Source: Thalia democratica
Taxonomy: Eukaryota
Length of the DNA: 64,000 nt
Direction of reading: 5' to 3'
NCBI GenBank assembly: GCA_965202585.1
Contig: OZ241831.1
Span: forward strand, 31,620,001 to 31,684,000
Of the stretch, positions 40,121-51,998 are shown in pieces. The position numbers and the translations under genes are program-made. How positions within the stretch are numbered: position 1 is the first letter of the stretch; each line of letters starts with the position of its first letter. A model generated the notes under the pieces. The model worked only from the letters and a program-made list of their open reading frames with translations, did not search any database and was not told the DNA's origin.

Positions 40121-40790
40121 GGCTAAAAGGGGCTCAAACACTTAATTTAGAAAAAAACATTTGCTTATTTATCAAAGCTTTTAGTATTAACAACAAGCCA
40201 GCTTTTATTGAATTTAAAATGTTTATTCAAGTTTTAAGATATCATCATTTTTGTAAAAAGTTCTCAATACAAAAATATGGACTGCATTTTTTAATTGTCA
40301 ATTGTCTCAGAAATTTAAAATCTAACTAAAATCTATTTTTCCTTCATTTTTTGAGCTAAAGATCACAAACTTTCTGGAAACATTCCTTAAATAGTTTAAA
40401 ATGTTTCTTAAGCTGGAATTCTAAAAATATTTTAAAATAAAAATTTTAGATAAAAAGAGAAAAAAAAAACCTTTGATAAAAAGAGAAAAAATAGGTAGTT
40501 TCTTTTTTGTTTTTTGTTTCTCGAAATTTCAAAGAATTTAATTGATCATTAATTAGTAATGGACTTTCTGTAAAAACTTGAAAATGATAGTTTTAAAAAT
40601 AAAGAAGATTTATTTTAAGTGAAATAGTATTTTTTTCACATTTATGGTTTGCTCCTTTTATAGGGAACCTATTGAGTTCACTGACTTAGATCTCTTATAA
40701 CTCAAATGTTACATTGAATTTTGATAATAGTCAAAATGTCTGATATCTAAGATAAAACTCCACAAAATAAGGTCTACTTGTAAAATTGAA
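40121..40790. mobile_element. Eroded Kolobok-like MITE
   Basis: Starts TTAA|GGCTAAAAGGGG; internal homology (agggaacctatt, atatggactgca) to 35818-36505; right end unclear. Confidence 0.5.
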
Positions 40791-43109
40791 AGAGGTATTA
40801 TAAACAATTTGTATCAAAATTGTTACATACTTAATTATTTTATTTTTTTTTATGTAAAACTTCAAAGATATAAAACATCATTGTCTTTAAATGAGATATG
40901 TGTTGAAAATAACTTTAGTATTAAGTCAGGAAGTTTTATCAAACTTGAATACATAAAAGTTATAAAAGTATATGTTATTATTTGTATATACACAGACAGA
41001 AGATTTCAAATCTAGTATGATTACAAATAATAATTGTACTATAAACAATTTCTTTAAAAATTATAACTATGAGATTAATAATATTAAATAAGTAAATCAA
41101 TATAAATATTTGTGTTGAAAACTTTAATAGAATACTTTTTGGAAAAATATCAGTATTTACTTATAACAGTATACCATAAGTTATAGTTTTAATGATTTTA
41201 GTAAGATTTAAACAATATATTAAAGTAAACATATAGTTTTTATTTAAATTACTTTAACAAAATAACAATACACCATCTTACCTAATAAATATGCTTGAGA
41301 ATATTTCAAGTAGAGATTGAGTCTCTCAGTCCAAGATCAAAACAATGTATCAACAACAAGTATGAAGTATATGAAAGACAGTGTTGCAGAAGAAAAAAAT
41401 ATATTATGAAATTATTTAATCAAAGTACAATAACAAGAGACGTTTTTAAATATCTATTAAACTCTAATTATTTCTGATACACGATTTTATTAAAAATACT
41501 TTGGTTTTAAATTCTTTTTGAAATGTTTAATATTGTAATTTTTTTTATTATAATTAGATTTTAAACAATCATATCAGTTTTAAATCTATTAACGTACTTT
41601 AAAAATATAATATACATAAAAAAAAATAACATGCCAACAAACTTTAGAATTTAACTTACAAAAAGAAGATGCAAATTTTAATTATAAAAACATAAAAATA
41701 AAAACAACTAACTAAAAACAAAGTGTAATTCAAATTAATAATATCAAATTTAGTCTACGACAAAAAAGATATCGAGTGAGTTTTATATTTTTAATGTTTA
41801 TTTATGTCTTTGATAAAAAGTTAAGCTTTTACATTTTTATTTAAATGTGTTATTTGTTCAGCATAATAAAATCAATCTTTGAGTTTGTTTTTTAGTCAAA
41901 ATATACTTAAAAGACACATTTTACATTTAAAAAAAGTATTATAACTTTTTTTTATTGCGTAGAAACAAAATGCAATTATCTCTACTTTTTCTTAAACATT
42001 TTGTGGAAATTCGATGTCAAATACTAAAATTTTTGAAAATAAACCCTGATAAAATATACCTGCAAAAGTTTTACTTGCAGAATAATTTCGGTATGAATTA
42101 AGGACTATCATCTACACAATGTAAAAAATTTATCCTGTAAAAGTAAATATTTCTAGAAAAACAAAATAATTCTAAGTTTAATAGAAGTAAGTATTAAGTT
42201 TCTTGACAGCAAAAATTTAAGTTTGGATTTTTAAATTGCTTTACTTAACTAAAATTAAATTACTAAGCTAAACTATTTCAATCTGTGTTATTGCACTTTT
42301 GATTTCCTTTGAAATTTATTTTTCGGGCCATATTGATATTTGAACGATAGAAAAAGTGCGCAAAAGTTTTGATCTAAGGACCTGATGTACAAAGGAACCT
42401 CTGGGTTATCAATTTGTACACCTATGACCTAAGTGTTTGTTTTTTTTTTCTGGCAAAAAATTAAACACTTTATTAATTAGTTGTAAAATGTGTCCTGGAC
42501 ATGACGTTAAGCTGTAACCGTGGTGTAAAACTTTTTTTCATTTCTTAATAATTAATCTATTTATAGTTAATTAGTTACATAGTAAAACAGAGTTATTTAC
42601 ACATATTCTATTATGAAGTAAAAATGTTTCATACATCAAAGGTAAGTAAAACTGTTTTAATAAAACTAATAATATGCGTTTATATATATATATAACAATG
42701 TTTCACTTTATTAGAGGTCTAAAGCTATAATTAAAAACTTTAAAGACCTTTTAACTCAGAAATCTATTTTTATTTTTATAAAATAACGTTGTTTGTTTAT
42801 AGAACACTACTTTAACTACTAGTTAAAAACTGTTAGAACTTTATAGTTTTGTGTTGTTATAAAGTTATTTTTATGCACTCTATGTCAAATAACTACAATT
42901 TTATCGATTTTTTTTGTTAAAGTTAGGAAAATTTCAATAACTTTAAAATAGAAAAATTAAAGAAGCTTAAAGTATTAAAAAATTTAATAAACGTTTACAA
43001 AAAAAAATTGTTTTTGTTCTCTACTAACCTGTTAAAATCATGTTTTACGAACGGTTTGTTTTCTATACTTATACTTAAACTAGCTAACGTTTATAAACAA
43101 AGGAAACCG

Positions 43110-44648
43110 TAGTTTAATGATTTTAGAACACACATATTTAAAAATCATATAAATGAGTTTGTCTTAAGTTTAGTTACACGTGGGAACTTAGTTGTTAAAA
43201 CTGTTAATAGCATCCAACTTAAATCAAAAGGTTTTATTGATCTAGTCGATCAATACTTGACAGTTTACAATGGTAAAGATTTTCCTACTGTAGAAAGTCA
43301 AGCAGAAGCCTTAGATAAATCAATTTAAAAAAATAAAGTAGATCAGTTAAAAGTGTCGTACTATTCGAAAATAAGTGGTGTGTGTAGAAAAGAATAAAGA
43401 AGAATTGATGATAGAATTTCTAAATTTGGTTGATGAGCTAGTAGGTAGCCTTAAACACAAATCTGAAGAAGAAAAAGACAAAGTCAAGGAAGTGCTTAAA
43501 TCGGATCTTTCAATACACTTGGAATCGTTAAAAAAAACTTCTTTCCACGGAGCTTAAAGCCAGACAGACTACTTTGACAATGCTTTCTGAGAATTTTTCA
43601 GCACAAGTAGATAAACAACTGACTTATTATAAAATGCACATAAATGATTATTGCAAGAAATACGTGGATACGAATGAAAAACTTGTAGAAGTTCACATTA
43701 AGTATAGGCTTAGGGTCAAAGAAGATTTAGAGTCTGATTGTAAAAAAGTCTTTTTTGAAAATTATAAGTTTAGTTTTAACATAAAACCAGTGAAAAATAA
43801 TGTTGAAATAAACAAGTTTCTTATAGAATTTTGTCAGCAAATAGATGACTACTTTAGGGATTTAGAAAAAGTTTTAGAAAAAGAAAAAAAGTTTTATGAA
43901 CAAGAAACTGCAAGGCAAACTGAATTTTACGAAAAGGCAAAGCTTTCAATTGAAAAAAACCGCAGAGAGAAAATTAGAAAAAGCAAAAAGAAAATATCCG
44001 ATGAAGAAAAGTTAAATAAAGTTTCAGAGGCTGTTATTGAACTTACAGATTTAAAATTAGAAGAAAAACTAGGCTGCACAACAAAACACTTTAAGTTTGC
44101 CTTTCCGCTTAAAGCATAAGTTCAAAGTATTCGAGAAAAAGCCACGACTTCTATAAAACACGGTCAAAAAAAATCCTTAACACTTCAAGAGAAAGCTTTT
44201 ACAAGGAAACCGAAAAACGTGACCAACTAAAAGATGAAGCCGAAGAAAAGTACAGATCAACTTACAAGTCACTTAAAAGAAACTATAACTCTGACCTTAG
44301 CAGCTTCATTAAAGGCATAAAATATAACTCGTTTTATAGAGTTATAAGAAAAATCGATTTTTTAGATGTCACAGGTATTACTAAAACTATTGAAATTAAT
44401 GAAGCTTTGATAAAAATAAAGCAAATGAACTTATAGCTACTTATTTGCTCAAGTACAAACAAGATACAGACGTCGATAGTTTTAGCGGAGACCACGAATT
44501 TGAGTTTGATTTAGCAACACCTTTAAAAGAAGAGAATAAAAAGTGCAAAAAAGTGGTTGAAAAAACTTTAAAGCACGATTGCGACGATAGTAAGCACAGC
44601 GAGTTGGAATCATTTAAAATACAACAAAAAAGTTGCACTATTCAATAA
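43110..44648 (+). pseudogene. Decayed intronless ORF (about 500 codons), coiled-coil rich, family unknown
   Basis: The ORF-track pieces 43375-43557, 43574-44119 and 44445-44648, plus unlisted open stretches (FNDFRTHIFKNHINEFV...; ETEKRDQLKDEAEEKYRSTY...), chain through several frameshifts and stops with no splice signals. Confidence 0.6.
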
Positions 44649-46138
44649 ACTTACTGTGTGAACATTTTGCAAAAAATAACTCATTTTAACTTTATTAGTG
44701 GTTGGTTTTTCAAAAAAAATAAATTTAATTATTGTTAAAAATTTTTTTTGGCTTATACTGCTTTTATGAAAAATAGTTTATTATTTGTTTAAAATATTAG
44801 CTTGTTTCATCTTGTTAACTTTGATCAAATTTATCAACATCTAGAAAGCAATTACAGTCACCTCCCGCAAATCTACGCACATTGTGTTCACAGCAAAAGA
44901 GCATAGAATTTAGCTAAACGAGATATAGCTAATATACCTACTATTTTTGCTGTTTTCTTATAATAAGTTTGATTAAATACAGTTTGGGGATTTTCCCACA
45001 TTTTTCTCTACATATATAATTTTTGTTTAAGTTGTACATATATGTTAATTTTTTTAAGAAAAATTGTGCATGTTTATACAAAGTAAGTTTTTCTACTTTG
45101 TCCCTTTCCCAACTAAAATTAAACTTCTTTTGCACGGTATAAGAAAAAAAAAATCTATTAATTTAATTTTAATTTAATATCTATGCCACATTTTTCTCGA
45201 AAATTTCTTTTAAGCAGTTTCTTTAAATAACTATTTATACATAGCGCAAGAGCAATGAACCATATTCTTAGATTGTGAATGTTGACTATTGTTATTCAGA
45301 CTATCATATTTCCCTCAGAATTTTAAGTAAACCAGTTGTTAACAATTGAAACTTACAGTACACTGAGGCACAACCAACTGTTTATCCTTGGTCAAAGAAC
45401 ATAATTTAAAAAGTTCGAAACATAAATAGAGGTGACTTAGCATTTAAATTTCATATGAAAAATAAATTCATGGTTGATTAAATAAACGCAACAAACTTAA
45501 TTCGTGTAACATAAAAGGTTATAAAATTATATATTTTTTATTTTTTGAGAATTCTAAAATGCGTAATTAAACGGTAGTGTGTAGCTAAACGAAAGCGTAA
45601 GTTAGCAAGAGGTTTGTTTCTGTATCTGCATGTTTTTTTATGTCTTTTAAACAAGATTTCTCAGAAAAATCAAGTAAAAATGTCTGTGTGGTGGATTATA
45701 GTTATAATTAAATAAAAATAATTTATTTATATCGTAAGAGTAAAACCCATAATAAAAAGTATATTTGTATAAAAAACTTGCAAAAATAAATTAAAAGTAT
45801 TTTACAAAATAAGTGAAAACTAAGAGCAATCCTGTTACTATTGCATTTGTCAACTATTGTTGTTTACTTTGTTTAATCTTTTTGTAATAGCTTATTTCCA
45901 TACTCACCTAACTCAGAGCACTTTTGTTTTGATCAGGTGTAAAAGACTTTAACTTTAAGCAACAAAGTAATGTCTTTAACTTATGGTAGCTGATAAGTTA
46001 AGTTTTTAACCAACTAACTTTCGCACAACATTAAGCTCAGACTATAACCATGTACATTGTTTGCAATAACTCAGTGTTATCTCAAATTGATATTCAAAAA
46101 GTACACAATGCTGTTTAAAAACAGTAAAAAACGTATCA

Positions 46139-46440
46139 GCAACGGTGAGGTGCGAAAATAACACGGAGTTCGCACTTGAAATCGCCGATGCCAAGGTAAA
46201 GTGCAGTAAGGCAACGAGTAGGAAAAAACGAACTAGGAAGCAGATGAGTTTGCATAACAACGAGACTGGAAGACTGGTTAGTTACGTCATAATATTAATT
46301 GTTTGTCAAAATGATCCACGTGACGTTATAAAGCGGATGATATTTATGTTCGTGTTTTATTTGTAAGGAGCACAAATGTCTTTTATACTTTATACATTTT
46401 AAACCATGAAAAAGTTAAAACTTTTCTGTGACGTCATTAT
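46139..46440. promoter_or_regulatory. GC-rich island in each repeat unit: hairpin plus a cluster of bZIP-type sites (also about 50213-50510 and 54173-54470)
   Basis: TTGCATAA 46250-46257, TTACGTCA 46282-46289, CCACGTGACGT 46316-46326 and TGACGTCA 46429-46436; hairpin 46139-46191. Function is inferred only. Confidence 0.45.
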
Positions 46441-49400
46441 GGGAAACATTTTAAGTAAGTTGTTATTTTTAAGTAAAATGAAAAACAAAACTTTTAACGG
46501 CTTTAAAGTAAACTAGGTTAAAGAATTCAAAACAAAATAAGGTAAAAAAATAGAAATTATTAATAATAGAAACAAATTTTTGAAAATGCTCTTTTAGCAA
46601 ACTTTAGTTTGCCAATAAAACTATTAAAAGTATATTTTACAAAGTAATGACCTCTAACAATATTTCAATAATCAAAAGTGTAGTATATTATAAGCAACTA
46701 ATGTATAAACTAAAAATAAAACTTTGGGGTTTAAACTTAGAACTTACTGCTATAAAACTTAATTGGTTTAAAATTTGTGGAAGTGAAAAGAAATAAAAGC
46801 TTTTAATACAGTTGTGAATTAAATTAATAGAAAACTGAAAAGTAGTCCGGCAAAACTTAAAAATCATTTTTATTACAAAGCGACAAAAAATTTTTTTTAT
46901 CATATAAAAACTCAAGTAATTGCCGTTTTTTGACCAGTAATGGTAACCTTGTTGTTTAAACATCTAAAACTAAAAGCTTTAGCTTCAAAATATTATTCTT
47001 TTCAAGATATAAAAAAAAAATAAACTGTTTTAAAATGTTGACAGGTAGAATGATTTACTTAAATTAGTAAGTGTAAATTTTGTTTGTTTAAGCTTTATAT
47101 ATTAAAAATTAAACGGCCTAATACAATTTAAAACTTTTAAAGGCTTTTTATAGACTTACAAATGATAAAAGCCTAGAAATTGCAATCTACATCTATTACC
47201 AATTAAATAAACTAACAATTTTATTAGTTTTTAAGTATTTCGTTATGTATCAGTTGTATTTAAACTAGTTTTATATAAAAAATTAGAATAAACTAAAGTG
47301 TTTTTAAGTTAAATCAAATACGTTTAAGTTTACAAGTTCACCAATGGACCAAAAACAAAAATAAAGTTTAGTAATTTATTAATCAAATGACTTAATACAC
47401 GTTCGAAAAATTTTTTCAACTTGTTTATAGAAACTTTAGCTACTTATAACTATAAACCAATGACATATTTTGTATTTTAACTGTAAAGTTATAAACTTTA
47501 AAAACTTCATCTAAACGTCAATACAACTGTCATTAAAATGTTTAACGTTTGCTTAACACAATATTTTCAAAGTAACAAAGAACAAACAAATTAATTTTGT
47601 ATCACGTTTGACAAACTTGTTTTAATTGCTTTTTTCTTTTCAAAACAAACAAAGCAATTTAAAATTTTATATGAAGAATATACAGTCGAAAAATAAAATG
47701 AATATATAAAAGAAGTCGAATAATAGAACAATTTTCATTTAACTTTTACATAAAGACACACACTCACTTAATACAAATTGATGTAATTATATATCCTAAG
47801 TAAAAAAAAAATTTTTTCTTTTATTTTTATATATCTATTTCAAACATGTCACTTTCTATTCTCCGACATTTTTTATATATTTATTTTATTCTTCGAAATT
47901 ATATTATTCATATTTTTTTAAGTATTAAGCTCCAAGTTCAATTTGAAACCTGTATTCAAATCACAGATAAACTGTGCTTTTTTACCTAATACGCCCAATA
48001 GAACGGCTAGAGGTCTTTTTACTGCAGGTTTACACCAGGTTTAGCATATAACCACCTTGTTGTTTTATGTTTTACATTTTAACTTTCACATTAAACACAA
48101 ACTCGTAATTAATAACATAGTTTAATTATTAAATATGTAAAACATCAGTATAAGATCTTTAATTTAGATACCCGACTGCCCTTTACTAAAACAATAATTA
48201 ATTAATTATATTACTTGTTATACAACATATATGTATTAAAGTCATAGTTGTTTTATGTATGACGCTGTAACTTAATTATTGGTCAGGGCTTTGAAAGCTT
48301 AATATTGATTTTTGTGCTTTGTTTTTTATAGTTAAAATTTTTTTTAAAATTTAAATTTAATCTGCTTTCTAATTGTATCTAACTTTAATTTTTCAAAAAA
48401 ATAAACATTATACCAAGTTTCTGTGGCTTTTGTTGCTTTTACTATTGTTTGTTTTATGAAATCAATAATTAACGTTTGTTGTTTTACTTTTATATACAAT
48501 AGATTACATATTACCTTAGTAAATTAAAGCGCTCTACTACTTTTCCCAACATAAAGAATAAATTATCTAACTTTCTAGTATAACTTAACTAGCTTGTCCT
48601 AATGTCTAAATATAACAGCTTAATATTGTGGCGTAGTTATTATATGTTTTTTGAATGATAAGTAACCAGTAAATATTTAGAATAAGTACTTTTTTCCTTT
48701 CATGTGAGTAGTTTATATTATGATTTGTTATTTATTTTGCATTTTTACTTTAATTTATTTAATTTATACTTAATAATTACAAATACTGTATAGTTTTAAA
48801 GCAGTCGGATTCAACGTTAAGTATTTTATCTACAATTAACCACTAACCTATAAAATCTATAGCAATTACTTTTATTTTTAATGGACACATGTATATACCT
48901 ACTTTAGCTTTTATTCTTTTCTTACAGTATTTATTTTTTACAGAGCTCCGTTGAATTGTGTTAATCCGTTAACACACAGAAACATGTGTTAATAAAAGAA
49001 GGATACTGTATAATAAACAAAACCAATATATTAAGTTACTTTGGCATATGTTGTTTAGATTTTGAATTTGGTGTTTTTTTTAGTTTTGAGCAAAAAGTTT
49101 TGTTAGTTTTAAGAAGTATTACTAAAAGTGATATCTTTAAAAAACTTAAAACATTTTTAAGAATTTTATAAAGCCTAAGTCTAGAAGTTTGATGTTTACA
49201 AATTTTATTTATCTTTACGATAATTTGCGGAATGACAAGCGTTTGACTTATTAACTAGAGTTCTGAACTAATAAGCTCAATTTATTCTTAAATCACTGCA
49301 CTTCAATGTTTTCAGGTAGCCGAAGTGTTTTTTTATATGTCTTTAAACAAGATTTCTCAGAAAAATCAAGTAAAAATGTCTGTGTGATGGATTAAAGTTA

Positions 49401-51748
49401 TAATTAATTAAAAATAATTTATTTACATTGGAAGAGTAAAACTCATAATAAAAACTATATTTGTATAGAAAACTTGCAAAAAAAAAAATTAAAATATTTC
49501 ACAAAATAAGTGAAAACTAAGAGCAATCCTGTTACTATTGCATTCGTCTAAAACCTATGTTGAAGTTATTGTTTTAATAAATAGTTTTATACTTGCATGT
49601 TGTTTGTTTAGTGCTGCATGCCTACTTTTAATAAAACCACTAGTCTTACTAGATTTCCGATTTCTTATTTAATATAGAGTAAATGCGGGCATTTTAGAAT
49701 GAAAAACATTTAGGTAAGTATTATTACTATTTTATTGCTACTATTGCAGGTTTATTGACTTACGCTAGACCGAGGCATCGAAACCTGGGCCAGTTAAACT
49801 GAAAGAAATATAAGAAAAAGAGACAAAAGAAAAAGAGACAAAAAAAAGCATCTTGTTTAGAGTCAGAAAACATAATATAAATCAGTCAGAAAGTGTAGAA
49901 ACATATTAGTAAAATAGTAATAAATAACTATTGTTGTTTACTTTGTTTAATCTTTTTGTAATATCTTATTTCCATACTCACCTAATTCAGAGCACTTTTG
50001 TTTTGATCAGGTGTAAAAGACTTTAACTTTTAGCAACAAAGTAATGTCTTTAACTTATGGTAGCTGATAAGTTAAGTTTTTAACCAACTAACTATCGCAC
50101 AACATTAAGCTCAGGCTATAACCATGTACATTATTTGCAATAACTCAGTGTTATCTCTAATTGATATTCAAAAAGTACACAATGATGTTTAAAAACAGTA
50201 AAAAACGTATCAGCAACAGTGAGGTGCGGAAATAACACGGAGTTCGCACTTGAAATCGCCGATGCCAAGGTAAAGTGCAGTAAGGCAACGAGTAGGAAAA
50301 AACGAGCTAGGAAGTAGATGAGTTTGCATAACAACGAGAGTGGAAGAATGGTTAGTTACGTCATAATATTAATCGTTATTCAAAATGAACCACGTGACGT
50401 CATAAAGCGGATGATTTTTATGTTCGTGTTTTATTTGTAAGCAGCACAAGTGTCTTTTACACTTTATACATTTTAAACCATGAAAAAGTTAAAACTTTTC
50501 TGTGACGTCGTTATGGGAAACATTTTAAGTAAGTTGTTATTTTTAAGTAAAATAGAAAAAAAAAAATTTTAACGGCTTTAAAATAAACTAGGTTTAAGAA
50601 TTCAAAAAAAAAAGGTAAAAAAAAGGAAGGTATTAATAATAGAAACAAAGTTTTGAAAAAGTTCTTTCAGCAAACTTTAGTTTGCCAAAGAAACTATTAA
50701 AGGTATATTTATTACAAAGTAAAGACCTCTAACAACTTTTCAATAATCAAAAGTGTAGTATATTAGAAGCAACTAATGTATAAACTAAAAATAAAACTTT
50801 GGGGTTTAAACATAGAACTTACTGCTATAAAACTCAATTGATTTATAATTGTGGAAGTGAAAAGAAATATAAGCTTTTAATACAGTTGTGAGTTAAATTA
50901 ATAGAAAACTGAAAATTAGTCCGACATAATTTAAAACTTTTTTTTATTACAAAGCGCCAATAAAATTATTAATATCATATAAAATACTCAAGTAGTTGCC
51001 GTTTTTTGACCAGTAATGGTAACCTTGTTGTTAAAACATCTAAAAGTAAAAACTTTAAATTAAAATTATTATTCTTTTCAAGATATAAAAAAAAATTAAA
51101 CTGTTTTTAAATGTCGACAGCTAGAATGATTTACTTAAATTATTAAGTGTAAATTTTGTTTGTTTAAGCTTTATATACTAAAAATTAAACGACCTAATAC
51201 AATTTAGAACTTTTAAAGGCTTTTTATAGACTTACGAATGATAAAAGCCTAGAAATTGTAATCAACATCTATTAACAATTGAATAAACTAACAATTTTAT
51301 TAGTTTTTAAGTATTAAGTTATGTATCAGTTGTATTTAAACTCGTTTTATTTAAAAAAAAATTAGAATAAACTAAAGTGTTTTTAAGTTAAATCAAATAC
51401 ATTTAAGTTTACAAGTTCATCAATGGACCATAAACAAAAATAAAGTTTAGCAATTTATTAATCAAATGATTTAATACACGTTCGAAAATATTTTTAAACT
51501 TATTTATAGAAACTTTAGCTACTTATAACTATAAACCAACGACATATTTTGTATTTCAACTGTAAAGTAATAAATTTAAAAAACTTCATCTAAATGTCAA
51601 TACAACTGTCATTAAAATGTTTAACGTTTGCTTAACACAATATTTTCAAAGTATCAAAGAACAAACAAATTAATTTTGTATCACGTTTGACAAACTTGTT
51701 TTAAAATGCTTTTTTCTTTTAAAAACAAACAAAGCAATTTAAAATTTT

Positions 51749-51998
51749 ATATGAAGAATATACAGTCGAAAAATAAAATGAATATATAAAAGAAGTCGGA
51801 TAATAGAACATCTTTCATTTACCTTTTACATAAAGACACACACTCACTTAATACAAATTGATGTAATTATATATCCTAAGTAAAAATACTTTTTTTTTTT
51901 CATTTATTTTTATACATTTATTTCACTTATGTCACTTTCTATTCTCCGACATTTTTTATATATATTTATTTTATTCTTCGACATTATATTCTTCATAT
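51749..51998. mobile_element. Small inverted-repeat element inside the tandem unit (also about 47669-47913)
   Basis: atatgaagaatatacagtcgaaaaataaaat...gtcggataatag is mirrored by ctattctccgac...ttattcttcgacattatattcttcatat. Confidence 0.65.

Noticed and set aside
45970-45988. Similarity to the U12 snRNA 5' end (ATGTCTTTAACTTATGGTA)
   Set aside because: The branch-point pairing GUAAGGA, the Sm site and the downstream stems are absent, and the segment is deleted in copy 3.
46042-46366. Signal-peptide-like ORF (MLCKLICF...) and the opposite-strand 73-aa ORF, repeated in the array
   Set aside because: TTG/GTG starts in a eukaryote, differences between copies are mostly non-synonymous, and copies 2 and 3 stop early; conservation is explained by recent duplication.
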